Positions 18,057-27,610 of a stretch of 41,626 nucleotides of DNA are shown here, one piece after another. Numbering within the stretch: position 1 is the stretch's first letter; each line of letters opens with the position of its first letter. The DNA is from Polynucleobacter sp. (lineage in GTDB: Bacteria; Pseudomonadota; Gammaproteobacteria; Burkholderiales; Burkholderiaceae): NCBI GenBank assembly GCA_044379065.1, contig JBIPON010000001.1, positions 1 through 41,626 of the forward strand. The letters run 5' to 3'. Below the pieces are notes generated by a model. That model worked only from the letters and a program-made list of their open reading frames with translations. It did not search any database and had not been told where the DNA came from. Position numbers and translations under genes: made by a program.

Positions 18057-18749
18057 ATGCACTCACTGATTCAATACACTCGTCCCGATAGCCAATCGGT
18101 TAGCGCTTATCTTGCTGAGCCAGAACAGGGGTCGAACAGTCCTGGGGTGGTGGTTATTCAGGAATGGTGGGGTTTAGATGAGCAGATTAAGTCCGTTGCC
18201 GATCAATTGGCTGCAGCCGGATACCGTGCCTTAGTCCCAGATTTGTATCGAGGTAAGCTGGCCTTAGAGGCGAAAGAAGCAGAGCACTTGATGGGTGACT
18301 TGAACTTCGGCGACGTTGCCTCGCAAGATATTCGAGGGGCAGTGCAGTACCTCAAGAAAACCGGCAGTCCTAAAGTGGCCGTCACGGGCTTCTGTATGGG
18401 CGGGGCACTAACACTATTATCTGCAGTCCACGTACCTGAGCTGGATGCGAGTGTAGTTTGGTATGGCTATCCTCCGCTGGAATACGTTGATGCCAGCAAA
18501 ATCAAGAAACCACTTCAGGGTCACTGGGCTTTGCACGATGAATTTTTCCCGATTACTGGCGTTGATCAGTTGGAAGTTAATCTCAAAGCAGCAAATACAC
18601 CGTACACCTTCTATCGCTATGACGCAAAGCATGCCTTTACGAATCCTGAGGCCGATGCGCGGCATCTACCGCCTTTGCAATACAACGCTGCAGCTACAAA
18701 AGAAGCATGGCAACGTACCCACGCATTTCTAAAGGCGCACCTAGCATAG
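18057..18749 (+). CDS. Dienelactone hydrolase family protein
   Basis: VIQEWWGL, GFCMGG nucleophile motif and AKHAF; start moved to ATG 18057 behind AAGGAG. Confidence 0.92.
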   Translation: MHSLIQYTRPDSQSVSAYLAEPEQGSNSPGVVVIQEWWGLDEQIKSVADQLAAAGYRALVPDLYRGKLALEAKEAEHLMGDLNFGDVASQDIRGAVQYLKKTGSPKVAVTGFCMGGALTLLSAVHVPELDASVVWYGYPPLEYVDASKIKKPLQGHWALHDEFFPITGVDQLEVNLKAANTPYTFYRYDAKHAFTNPEADARHLPPLQYNAAATKEAWQRTHAFLKAHLA

Positions 18750-18760
18750 CGATTTAGTTG

Positions 18761-19489
18761 TTAGCGATTCATCAGATGAAAAATCCACGGTATCGCGATG
18801 GCGCCTAAGATACCGTGCATCCCCATCGCTAGGCTAGCATAGGCGCCTGCTTCGGGGCTCACACTAAACGCTCTCGAGGCACCAATGCCGTGGGATGCAA
18901 CTCCAATGGCAAAGCCGCGCTGCCACCACGATTTCATCCCCAGTCCATCCAGTATGAATCTTGCGAGTACGGCACCCAGAATGCCAGTCACGACTGCAAA
19001 CACGGCAGTGAGCGTCGGTGAGATACCAATTTGCTCGGCGATGCCCATTGCTATCGGCGCTGTGACCGATTTCGAATAGAGTCCACCAACGAGGGTTTGA
19101 TCGGCACCTAATGCGGTTGCAATACCGACGGCGCTCAAAATGGAAACAAGGCCACCGCAGACCAATGAAATAATCAGCGGCAGTGCGCGGCTTTGCAAAT
19201 GCTGAATACCGCGGTAAATCGGAATAGCCAAGGAGACGGTGGCTGAGCCAAGTAAAAAGTGGACAAACTGCGCACCCTCAAAATACGTTCGATACGGCAT
19301 TTGCAGCAACTCGATGGCAACTGAAACTAAGACTACGGCAATGGCTACTGGGTTGGCAATAGGATTTTGGGCGCTGCGCTGATAGAGCCATAGGCCGATT
19401 TGATAGGCGGCCAATGTAATAAACAAGGCAATTAAGGGGCTGCCAGAAAGGTAGACCCAGATTTCGACAATCGAAGCAGACTCACGCAT
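18761..19489 (-). CDS. lrgB: LrgB/CidB family membrane protein
   Basis: YFEGAQFVHFLLG.ATVSLAIP, KSVTAPIAM and ASHGIG. Confidence 0.9.
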   Translation of the reverse strand: MRESASIVEIWVYLSGSPLIALFITLAAYQIGLWLYQRSAQNPIANPVAIAVVLVSVAIELLQMPYRTYFEGAQFVHFLLGSATVSLAIPIYRGIQHLQSRALPLIISLVCGGLVSILSAVGIATALGADQTLVGGLYSKSVTAPIAMGIAEQIGISPTLTAVFAVVTGILGAVLARFILDGLGMKSWWQRGFAIGVASHGIGASRAFSVSPEAGAYASLAMGMHGILGAIAIPWIFHLMNR

Positions 19490-19832
19490 CGTCTTTAGGC
19501 TCGCGGTGCATCAGCTTGAGAATGAGTGCGCTCGTGGTAATCGTGAGGACAACACTCACCACTAATGCGGTGATGAGCGCCCCAGCATGCTCTTTGAGTT
19601 GCGGCAAGAACAGAACCACCCCAACGGCTGCGGGAACAAACAGCAGACCTAAGTATTGACTAAAACCATCGGCTACCAAAGCCAAGGATGGATCAAGCTT
19701 GCCGCGTAGCATCAACCACGCCAACAGTAAGACAAGGCCAATAACGGGGCCCGGCAGTGTGGTCAAGACGAACTTGGAAATCAGCTCACCTAAGCCCTGA
19801 AATAACAGTATTTGAACTAAACCAGCAATCAT
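19482..19832 (-). CDS. cidA: CidA/LrgA family membrane protein
   Basis: LPGPVIGLVLL and LGLLFVPAAVGV; start set at MIAGLVQ (19832). Confidence 0.88.
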   Translation of the reverse strand: MIAGLVQILLFQGLGELISKFVLTTLPGPVIGLVLLLAWLMLRGKLDPSLALVADGFSQYLGLLFVPAAVGVVLFLPQLKEHAGALITALVVSVVLTITTSALILKLMHREPKDDA

Positions 19833-19944
19833 GGCAGTAGTGTATGTGAAGTGCTTCTCTTCTGAGTAGAATTGATAGCTGAATGCAAACAAAAGAGGCA
19901 TCGCAATTCATTTTTAGGTTCAATCTGTTTACTGTAAGGGTGTT

Positions 19945-20736
19945 ATGAAGAAAACGATTCATGCCAATGGCATCACAATGGCTTATCAAATGGATGGTCC
20001 CGAGACTGCGCCGGTCGTAGTCATGAGTAACAGCTTGATGTCTAGCTTAGAAATGTGGGACGACACGATTGTGGCCTTGACCTCCCATTACCGCGTTGTG
20101 CGCTACGACACCCGCGGGCACGGGCAGTCGGAAGTGACCCCCGGTCCTTACAGCATCGAGTTATTAGCGAATGATCTCGTTGGCCTGATGGATGCCTTGC
20201 AGATTAAGAAAGCCCATCTCGTCGGTCTATCGATGGGCGGAATGATTTGCCAGTTTGTCGGCGCTCATTTTCCAGATCGGGTGATCTCATTGAGTTTGTG
20301 CGATACCGCCAGTGAGATGCCGCCGCGCTCCCTTTGGGAGGAGCGTTTTGCGATTGCACGGCAGCAGGGTTTGGGCGGCCTGGTCGATGGCACCCTCAAA
20401 CGCTGGTTTTTGGAAGGGTTCATTGCGAGTGAGCCAGCAAAAATTGAGCGGGTCCGCACAATGATTTTGAACACACCAGTGGATGGATACATTGCCTGTG
20501 CAAGCGCGGTGCGGGATATGGCGCAATCAACGATGTTACTCAAGATAACGGCGCCGACCATGGTCTTGCTAGGTAGACAAGATCCCGCCTGTACTGTTGC
20601 TCAAGCAACGGTGCTGCATCGCTTAATTCAGCATTCGAGCATGCACATCATTGACGATGCAGCCCATTTATCAAATATTGAAAAGCCAGACGAATTCAAT
20701 GCAGCCCTGAAGCAATTTTTGGACTCGGTTCGATAA
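19945..20736 (+). CDS. pcaD: 3-oxoadipate enol-lactonase-like alpha/beta hydrolase
   Basis: VMSNSL, RYDTRGHGQS, GLSMGG and AHLSNIE. Confidence 0.8.
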   Translation: MKKTIHANGITMAYQMDGPETAPVVVMSNSLMSSLEMWDDTIVALTSHYRVVRYDTRGHGQSEVTPGPYSIELLANDLVGLMDALQIKKAHLVGLSMGGMICQFVGAHFPDRVISLSLCDTASEMPPRSLWEERFAIARQQGLGGLVDGTLKRWFLEGFIASEPAKIERVRTMILNTPVDGYIACASAVRDMAQSTMLLKITAPTMVLLGRQDPACTVAQATVLHRLIQHSSMHIIDDAAHLSNIEKPDEFNAALKQFLDSVR

Positions 20737-20786
20737 ACTGGCTTAGTATTTCAGAGCAGCACAATAAAAATAAAAGGAGACTTACT

Positions 20787-21782
20787 GTGACGCAATTCAA
20801 ACCAATGCTTAAACAATGGCAAATGGGACTGATTGGCTTGGCCATCTTGGGTGCGGGCATCCATGTCCAAGCGCAACCAGCGGCCGATAAATACCCATCC
20901 AAGACCGTCAAGATGGTTGTGCCATTAACACCTGGATCGGGCGCAGACATTGCTGGTCGATTGGTGGCAAAAAGTTTGTCTGAATTGTGGAAGCAACCGG
21001 TGATTATTGAAAACCGCCCAGGTGCTGGCGGCTTGGTTGGTACGGGCGTAGTGGTTAATGCAGCGCCGGATGGCTACACCCTATTAGTGCAGTCTGCCTC
21101 GTATGCAGCTAACCCAGCAATTTATAAAAAATTACCCTATGACTTAAAAAGCCTAACGGATCTGAATATTCTGGGCACGACACCCTATCTATTAATTGTT
21201 GGTGCTGACAGCCCATATAAAACGATCAAAGATCTGGTGGCCGCCGCAAAAGCAAAGCCAGGTGATCTGCCTTACGCTTCTGCTGGTATTGGTAGCTCTA
21301 CGCACCTTGCTGCTGAGTACTTTAATCAGACCATGGGAATCAAGATGCTGCATGTGCCTTATAAGGGATCCCCTGAAGCAATTACAGAAACCATTGCAGG
21401 CAGAACAGCGTTTTATATGGCGCCATTTGAAACAGCCATGGCGCAAGTCCGCGGCGGCAAAGCACGTGCACTGGGTATAACTAGCATGACACGGGCGTCT
21501 GTTGCGCCGGAGATTCCAACAATTGCTGAGCAGGGCTATCCGAACTTTGATATCGGACTTTGGTTTGGTGTTTGGGCTCCATCCGCCACGCCAGAGAAGA
21601 TCAAAGTGAAGATCAACGAAGACATTAATCGCGCCTTGCAGGACGTAGATATCAAAATTGCCTACGCGAAAGCAGGCATTACATCTAAGCCGATGAATTT
21701 GGAACAAACGTCGCAGTTTGTTCGTAATGAAATCGCTAAGTACACCAAGATTGCAAAAGACGCCGGTATTGAACCTCAATAA
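20787..21782 (+). CDS. Bug/TctC tripartite tricarboxylate transporter substrate-binding protein
   Basis: YPSKTVKMVVP..PGSGAD, ENRPGAGG, PDGYTLL and HVPYKG; AAAGGAG RBS before GTG. Confidence 0.93.
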   Translation: MTQFKPMLKQWQMGLIGLAILGAGIHVQAQPAADKYPSKTVKMVVPLTPGSGADIAGRLVAKSLSELWKQPVIIENRPGAGGLVGTGVVVNAAPDGYTLLVQSASYAANPAIYKKLPYDLKSLTDLNILGTTPYLLIVGADSPYKTIKDLVAAAKAKPGDLPYASAGIGSSTHLAAEYFNQTMGIKMLHVPYKGSPEAITETIAGRTAFYMAPFETAMAQVRGGKARALGITSMTRASVAPEIPTIAEQGYPNFDIGLWFGVWAPSATPEKIKVKINEDINRALQDVDIKIAYAKAGITSKPMNLEQTSQFVRNEIAKYTKIAKDAGIEPQ

Positions 21783-22659
21783 GGCGCCACTATGCCAGGC
21801 CCCAGATCGGGTATTGCGTCGGCCCGATCTGCTTTTGCCGGCCGGGGCAACGGATTGCCATGCGCACATTTGTGGACCGGAAAGTAGCTTTCCGTATTTC
21901 AATGGGCGTATTTACACCCCGCCCGATGCGCTGCTCCCGGATTACTTCAATCTGTTAACGCATCTGGGGGTTGAGCGCGCCGTCTTAGTGCAGCCCAGTA
22001 TTTATGGCACTGATAACCGCGCCATGCTCGCAGCACTCAAGGCATTTCCAAAAAAATTACGCGGCGTTGCAGTGGTGGACAGCACCATTACCGATACTGA
22101 AATTGAGGCTCTCCATCAAGCAGGTGTACGTGGACTACGCTGCAATATCGTTGATTTAGCCGATGCAACGGGGCAGTTGCCAATGGCTATGCTTCGATCG
22201 CTTGCCGAGCGTATTGCTCCTTTTGGTTGGCATCTGGAATTCTTAATGCACGTAGACGCCTTTCCACAATTACGAAATGACTTTCATGATTTTCCGGTTG
22301 AGATTGTGATTGGTCATTTTGGTTATGTGAAGGCGAGCCTTGGTATTGCCAATGCAGGCTTTCAGAGCCTGTGTGCAATGATGCGCGAGGGACGTGCCTG
22401 GGTTAAGTTCACCGGCACCTATCGTATTTCGGAGCAAGCGGCTCCCCCATACTCTGATATCAATCCTTTTGCGCAGGAATTAATAAAAGCAAATCCACAG
22501 CAGATTGTTTGGGGCACGGACTGGCCTCATGTGATGGTGAAGGGCTTGATGCCCAATGATGCCGATCTGTGTGATCTGCTGGGCAATTGGATTGAAGAGC
22601 CTGCGCTGTTAAAGCAGATACTCGTAAGTAACCCAGAGCGACTCTATGACTTTAAGTAA
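21769..22659 (+). CDS. Amidohydrolase 2 family (LigI/PDC-lactonase-like)
   Basis: GATDCHAHI, LVQPSIYGTDN, GVRGLR and WGTDWPH; start uncertain (ORF open from 21718; TTG 21769 plausible). Confidence 0.85.
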   Translation: MNLNKAPLCQAPDRVLRRPDLLLPAGATDCHAHICGPESSFPYFNGRIYTPPDALLPDYFNLLTHLGVERAVLVQPSIYGTDNRAMLAALKAFPKKLRGVAVVDSTITDTEIEALHQAGVRGLRCNIVDLADATGQLPMAMLRSLAERIAPFGWHLEFLMHVDAFPQLRNDFHDFPVEIVIGHFGYVKASLGIANAGFQSLCAMMREGRAWVKFTGTYRISEQAAPPYSDINPFAQELIKANPQQIVWGTDWPHVMVKGLMPNDADLCDLLGNWIEEPALLKQILVSNPERLYDFK

Positions 22660-23311
22660 TCTCCGTTTCAGCGGCAGTTTGAATGCATTTCGTGTAATGC
22701 AGGTTTGGCTTCAGACTGGCCTTGCCCTCTCTCTTTTTCTGATTGGAGTACCCCTTGCCATGGCAATAGAAGAGCCCAGTTATCAGGTTACCCTGAAAGC
22801 TGAACCATTTGAAATTCGGCAATATGCACCATTGATTGTGGCGCAGGTTGAGGTGCCAGGCGATCTCAGTGAAGCTTCGAACGCCGGCTTTCGTCTGATT
22901 GCCAATTACATCTTTGGTAACAACATTGCAGTACGGGAGGGTGGAGTCAATATGGCTGAGCCTGTTCCAGAAAAGATTGCCATGACTATTCCAGTGATTG
23001 CTGAAGGCAAGGGCGATAAAAAAACCTGGCTCATCCAGTTTGTGATGCCAAAGCAGTACACCTTAGAAACCCTGCCGAAGCCAAACAATCCCCAGGTGAA
23101 ATTAGTACCCATGGGACCTCAAAAACTTGCGGTGATTCGCTTTACAGGATTTATTGGTGACGATAAAGTCCAAGAAAAAACAACTGAACTTATGGCATGG
23201 ATTAAATCAAGGAATGAACTGCCATTAGGTAATCCCCGCCTAGCCCGTTACAACCCGCCCTGGAGTATTCCGTGGATGCGGCGCAATGAGATTTTGATTC
23301 CAATCCAGTAG
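22646..23311 (+). CDS. SOUL heme-binding protein
   Basis: IEEPSY, FEIRQY, GFRLIANYIFGNN, KIAMTIPV, FVMP and YNPPW...RRNEI. Confidence 0.9.
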   Translation: MTLSNLRFSGSLNAFRVMQVWLQTGLALSLFLIGVPLAMAIEEPSYQVTLKAEPFEIRQYAPLIVAQVEVPGDLSEASNAGFRLIANYIFGNNIAVREGGVNMAEPVPEKIAMTIPVIAEGKGDKKTWLIQFVMPKQYTLETLPKPNNPQVKLVPMGPQKLAVIRFTGFIGDDKVQEKTTELMAWIKSRNELPLGNPRLARYNPPWSIPWMRRNEILIPIQ

Positions 23312-23394
23312 CCAAGGGACTAGGGTTCTCCCAAAGAGAGGCTGCGCTCCATTCGTAGTATGCTTTCAATGTCTATGACCTAAATTGAATTGAG

Positions 23395-24414
23395 ATGGCT
23401 CTGAATTTCCCTTTTACTGCAATCGTTGCTCAAGATGAGATGAAGTTGGCAATTGCTCTTTCCACCATTGAGCCCAGCATTGGTGGTGTGCTGATCTTTG
23501 GTGATCGCGGCACTGGTAAATCAACCACGATTCGTTCATTAGCAGCGCTCTTGCCACCCATGAAGGTAGTTGCGGGTTGCTCCTATCACTGCGATCCCAG
23601 CGCGCCAACGTTGTGTTTTGCTTGTGAGGCGCGCAAGGCTGCCGGCGATAAACTAAAGACTAATTTAGTGCCCGTGCCTGTAGTGGATATGCCGCTTGGC
23701 GCGACGGAAGATCGCGTTGTCGGCGCACTTGATATTGAGAAAGCGCTTTCCCAAGGCGTTAAAGTATTTGAACCCGGTTTACTAGCCAAGGCTAATCGCG
23801 GTTATTTGTACATTGATGAAGTGAATTTACTAGAAGACCACTTAGTCGATTTGCTGATTGATGTATCCGCTTCCGGAGAAAACGTGGTGGAACGTGAGGG
23901 CTTAAGTATTCGTCACCCGGCGCGTTTTGTCTTGATTGGTAGCGGTAACCCAGAAGAGGGTGAGCTGCGTCCACAAATGCTGGATCGATTTGGTTTGTCG
24001 GTTGAGGTTAGAACACCACAAGACCTAGCGCAGCGCATTGACATCATTAAGCGTCGCGATGCATTTGAACGTAACCCGGTTGCCTTTTTAGCGCAATACG
24101 AGGACAGTGAAACCGAGTTTAAAGAGAAAATTCTCAGCTCGCGTAAACGCTTGGCAAAAGTCACGGTTGGCGATGATGTACTAACGCTGGCAACCAAGCT
24201 GTGCGCTCAGCTGGGAACCGATGGTCTGCGCGGTGAATTAACCTTAATGCGCGGCATGCGCGCGCTTGCTGCTTTTGATGGTGCGCGCAAAGTAACGGTT
24301 GAACACCTAAAGCGATTAGCGCCACTAGCGCTACGTCACCGCTTGCGACGCAATCCATTGGATGACAGTAGCTCTACAACGCGAGTCGAGCGCGTATTGG
24401 CTGATTTTTTCTAA
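23395..24414 (+). CDS. bchI: Magnesium chelatase ATPase subunit I
   Basis: FPFTAIVAQ, GDRGTGKST, ATEDRVVG, YIDEVNLL and TDGLRGELTL. Confidence 0.97.
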   Translation: MALNFPFTAIVAQDEMKLAIALSTIEPSIGGVLIFGDRGTGKSTTIRSLAALLPPMKVVAGCSYHCDPSAPTLCFACEARKAAGDKLKTNLVPVPVVDMPLGATEDRVVGALDIEKALSQGVKVFEPGLLAKANRGYLYIDEVNLLEDHLVDLLIDVSASGENVVEREGLSIRHPARFVLIGSGNPEEGELRPQMLDRFGLSVEVRTPQDLAQRIDIIKRRDAFERNPVAFLAQYEDSETEFKEKILSSRKRLAKVTVGDDVLTLATKLCAQLGTDGLRGELTLMRGMRALAAFDGARKVTVEHLKRLAPLALRHRLRRNPLDDSSSTTRVERVLADFF

Positions 24415-24420
24415 AGCGCC

Positions 24421-26301
24421 ATGACCACACAACGCGGTCAATCTGCTTGGTTTGATGCACAGACGACTGCAGCATTATTGGCAATTGATCCCCATGGCTT
24501 AGGCGGTATTTGCGTTAAGAGTCAGTTTGGTCCCATTCGGGATGCGTGGTTTACATTTATGCAAACGCAGATTGCTCCAAGTGCGCATTTTCAAAAAATT
24601 CCCATTCAAATACAAGATGAGCAATTACTCGGCGGCCTCGACCTAGAGGCAACTCTGAGCTACGGTAAGCCGATATACAGTTCGGGACTATTAGCAAAAA
24701 GCCATGGTGGATTTATTGTGCTCCCCATGGCTGAACGCATATCACCACATACGATTGCGCACATTATGCAAGTGCTTGATCGGGGCGAGGTGCGGCACCC
24801 CCAGCAGACTGCTGAACTTGCCCCATGCCTCTTTGGCATGATTGCCTTGGATGAGGGTATCGGGCCAGACGAGTCGATTCATCCCCGCTTGGCGGAGCAC
24901 ATGGCATTTGAAGTGCGCCTTGATCACCTTAGCCAGAATGACTGCAAGGATTCGCTGGAAATTACGCCTGCAGTCATAGCGGAAGCAAAAAAGAGACTGC
25001 CTGAGATTGAATGCGACGCTAGCTTTATTGAATCCTTAATGCAATCAGCGGCTGCATTTGGAGTGGACTCCATACGGGCCGGTCTATTTGCGGTTCGAGC
25101 GGCAAAAGCCTTGGCGGCATTGCGAAACCAAAACGCCGTCACGGAGGATGAGGTAGTCGACGCAGCGCGTTTGGTGCTTAGCCACCGCGCTACTCGCATG
25201 CCCAGTAGCCGAGAAGAGCAGGGGCTAGATGAGCCTGAAGTTGAGCCCGACTCAGCTGAAGATGAAGAGTGGCCGAATGAAGATCAAAGTACATCAGAGC
25301 AAGAACAGCCGGCGCAGGATGATTCCAATCAAGGCAAGGATGGTGATACTGACGCAAATCAGCCTAAAGAAAATAAAGAAGAGCCAAGCGCAGATGATTT
25401 AGAGGAATTGCTCATCGAGGCGATACGGGCTGGTATTCCGCCGAACGCATTGGCGCAACTGAGTGCTGGACTGGGGCGCGCGAATAGCAAACAAGGTTCT
25501 AAGGGCCAATTTGGCCAATTGCAAAAGAATGCGAATTCAGGGCGCCCAGCAGAGTCCTGGCGTGGATTGCCCAAGGGTGGAAAGCGCTTGGATTTACTGA
25601 AAACCATTCGAGCAGCGGTTCCTTGGCAAATCATGCGCCAAGCAGAATCCAAAATAAAACCACCCCCTGTCAATAATCAACGCAGTCGAATTCAGATTCG
25701 TGCCGATGACTTGCACATTAAGCGTTATCAGCAGCGCCAAGGTGTGGTGACTATCTTTTTGGTGGATGCGTCAGGCTCTTCCGCCACTCAGCGTTTGGCT
25801 GAAGCTAAAGGTGCGGTAGAGCAATTGCTGGCGGATTGCTACATTCGGCGCGATGAGGTTGCGATGATTGCCTTACGTGGCCGTACTGCGGAAGTCGTGT
25901 TACCGCCAACGCGATCCTTAGTACGCGCCAAGCGTAATTTAGCGGCCCTTCCGGGTGGCGGTGGCACGCCATTGGCAACGGGTTTTGCCGCGGTTAATAC
26001 AATGGCCTTATCAATCCGCCGCAAAGGCATGACGCCCTTGATTGTAGTGATGACCGATGGTGTTGCGAATGTCACCTTAGAAGGGGTTGGTGGTCGTGAG
26101 CGTGCGCACCAAGACGCTTTGCAAACCGCACGTCAATTGCGTGCAGCAGGACATGCCATTTTATTTATTGATACTGCGAGTGCGCCACAAGCATTAGCAG
26201 AAGCGCTTGCCAACGAAATGAATGCGCAGTATTTGCCGCTGCCTTACATTAATTCGGGTAAGGCCATTTCACAACGCGCCGCACATTTAGCGCGGCAGTA
26301 A
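24421..26301 (+). CDS. bchD: Magnesium chelatase subunit D
   Basis: Degenerate AAA domain (LLGGLDLEATL, MAER), acidic linker, vWA MIDAS motif DASGS and GGGTPLA. Confidence 0.95.
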   Translation: MTTQRGQSAWFDAQTTAALLAIDPHGLGGICVKSQFGPIRDAWFTFMQTQIAPSAHFQKIPIQIQDEQLLGGLDLEATLSYGKPIYSSGLLAKSHGGFIVLPMAERISPHTIAHIMQVLDRGEVRHPQQTAELAPCLFGMIALDEGIGPDESIHPRLAEHMAFEVRLDHLSQNDCKDSLEITPAVIAEAKKRLPEIECDASFIESLMQSAAAFGVDSIRAGLFAVRAAKALAALRNQNAVTEDEVVDAARLVLSHRATRMPSSREEQGLDEPEVEPDSAEDEEWPNEDQSTSEQEQPAQDDSNQGKDGDTDANQPKENKEEPSADDLEELLIEAIRAGIPPNALAQLSAGLGRANSKQGSKGQFGQLQKNANSGRPAESWRGLPKGGKRLDLLKTIRAAVPWQIMRQAESKIKPPPVNNQRSRIQIRADDLHIKRYQQRQGVVTIFLVDASGSSATQRLAEAKGAVEQLLADCYIRRDEVAMIALRGRTAEVVLPPTRSLVRAKRNLAALPGGGGTPLATGFAAVNTMALSIRRKGMTPLIVVMTDGVANVTLEGVGGRERAHQDALQTARQLRAAGHAILFIDTASAPQALAEALANEMNAQYLPLPYINSGKAISQRAAHLARQ

Positions 26302-26321
26302 ATCAATATCATTTATCTGGT

Positions 26322-26456
26322 TTACCAGCTCGTTTTCTTTTTCTTGCTAGAGAGCTTCTTTAAGGTTTGATTGCCTTTGATATAGGCATTCAAGAAAAGG
26401 CCTAAGCCAGCCAAAATAATGATTCCGGCAATCGCATAGAGCGTGATCGAGTTCAT
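26322..26456 (-). CDS. Small single-TM protein, 44 aa (not in ORF track)
   Basis: MNSITLYAIAGIIILAGLGLFLNAYIKGNQTLKKLSSKKKKTSW*; strong AAGGAGG RBS upstream; follows bchO on the same strand. Confidence 0.7.
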   Translation of the reverse strand: MNSITLYAIAGIIILAGLGLFLNAYIKGNQTLKKLSSKKKKTSW

Positions 26457-26495
26457 CGTGTTTCTTCCTCCTTAGTCATTAGATCAGTTACGGCC

Positions 26496-27392
26496 TTACT
26501 GTGCCAAGTCAAGTGCAGATTGAATAATAGCCAAAGCCGCCTCGGGGTTTGCTTCATGAAATAAATGGCCGCCGTCTTTTTGTATCACGGTGGACTGTGG
26601 AAAGTAGCGATGGATCACAGCTAGCAACTCTTCTTTTCGTACCCAGCTATCTTGATTCGCCACTAAAAAAGTGAGCTCTGAAGTAATTTCATGCGCATGG
26701 GCAAGTAAGTTGGGTATGTCGGTTGCTGCCATGAAATTGAGCGAGCCATTGATGTGATTCTTTTGCTTGAATAATAATTTGTAGCGCTCACGCTGAATGC
26801 CATTGAGCTTCGAATTGGTGGAGTCCAGCAATTTATCAATCATCGAGGTATACGGTAAAAAATCGGCAATCATCGATGAAACAAAAGATGAGGTCGCAAT
26901 CGGATTAATCAGCGGCGCCAAAAACGAATGGTAAAAGCTCGGTAAGCTGACTAAGGATGGATTAAGGCCAAGAATACGTTTGGGCGCAGGACAGAGAAGG
27001 CTGTATTGCAGTCCCAGAGTGGCGCCGGCAGAGTGGCCGATGATGCTATCGATCTGTTCTACGCCTAATGCACGCAATAACTCAGCTAGCTTGTGCGTGA
27101 TGAGGGTTAAGGAAAGCTGCTCTGATTGGTAGCTGATCGTAAAACCATGGCCCGGCAGGTCAGGCGCAATCACCCAATGCGATTTTGCCAATACTGGTAG
27201 CAATTCTGCCCAGGAGTGGGCAGAGGATCCTGTACCGTGGAGTAATAAGGCAACTGGCTTATTTGCTCCGTTTTCGCCGAGTCCGGCACCAGCCATTTGC
27301 ACGTGCCATTCCATTTGACCGACAGAAACGGAGCTACTTAGCTCGCGCAGGGGCCAGTTTTGAGGAATTCGGTCGATGGAAGGGCGGTTCAT
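26496..27392 (-). CDS. bchO: BchO alpha/beta hydrolase (putative Mg-chelatase accessory protein)
   Basis: WHVQ, LLHGTGSSAHSW, PDLPGHGFT, GHSAG and GHLFHE; next to bchID. Confidence 0.88.
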   Translation of the reverse strand: MNRPSIDRIPQNWPLRELSSSVSVGQMEWHVQMAGAGLGENGANKPVALLLHGTGSSAHSWAELLPVLAKSHWVIAPDLPGHGFTISYQSEQLSLTLITHKLAELLRALGVEQIDSIIGHSAGATLGLQYSLLCPAPKRILGLNPSLVSLPSFYHSFLAPLINPIATSSFVSSMIADFLPYTSMIDKLLDSTNSKLNGIQRERYKLLFKQKNHINGSLNFMAATDIPNLLAHAHEITSELTFLVANQDSWVRKEELLAVIHRYFPQSTVIQKDGGHLFHEANPEAALAIIQSALDLAQ

Positions 27393-27498
27393 TGGCTGAA
27401 ATTGAGCTGAAATCGGTAAATATGCCTATTTTTTAAGCAATATGGCCAAAATAGGGGCAAATTGAGTCTGCTCATCATGGCACTAAGGGTTTCATAGG

Positions 27499-27527
27499 TT
27501 GACAGTAAGGATAAGAGTGTCTATATT
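27499..27527 (+). promoter_or_regulatory. Sigma70 promoter for crtE
   Basis: TTGACA-N17-TATATT; the -10 element lies inside a PpsR box. Confidence 0.65.
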
Positions 27528-27561
27528 TTTTTACATATTAGCAAGTAATTAAATATTTACA
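27518..27561. promoter_or_regulatory. Tandem PpsR/CrtJ boxes upstream of crtE
   Basis: TGT-N12-ACA (27518-27535), 8-nt spacer, AGT-N12-ACA (27544-27561). Confidence 0.8.
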
Positions 27562-27610
27562 CCACAAATCGTCCAGGCATTTAGACGATTCACCCTCGGG
27601 AGTGTGCCTT

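Noticed and set aside
21192-21902. 236-aa minus-strand ORF
   Set aside because: Antisense shadow of the Bug gene
23370-23387. TGTCTAT half-site upstream of bchI
   Set aside because: No ACA at the N12 distance, so not a PpsR box
25200-25410. Low-complexity acidic tract in bchD
   Set aside because: Normal BchD/ChlD interdomain linker
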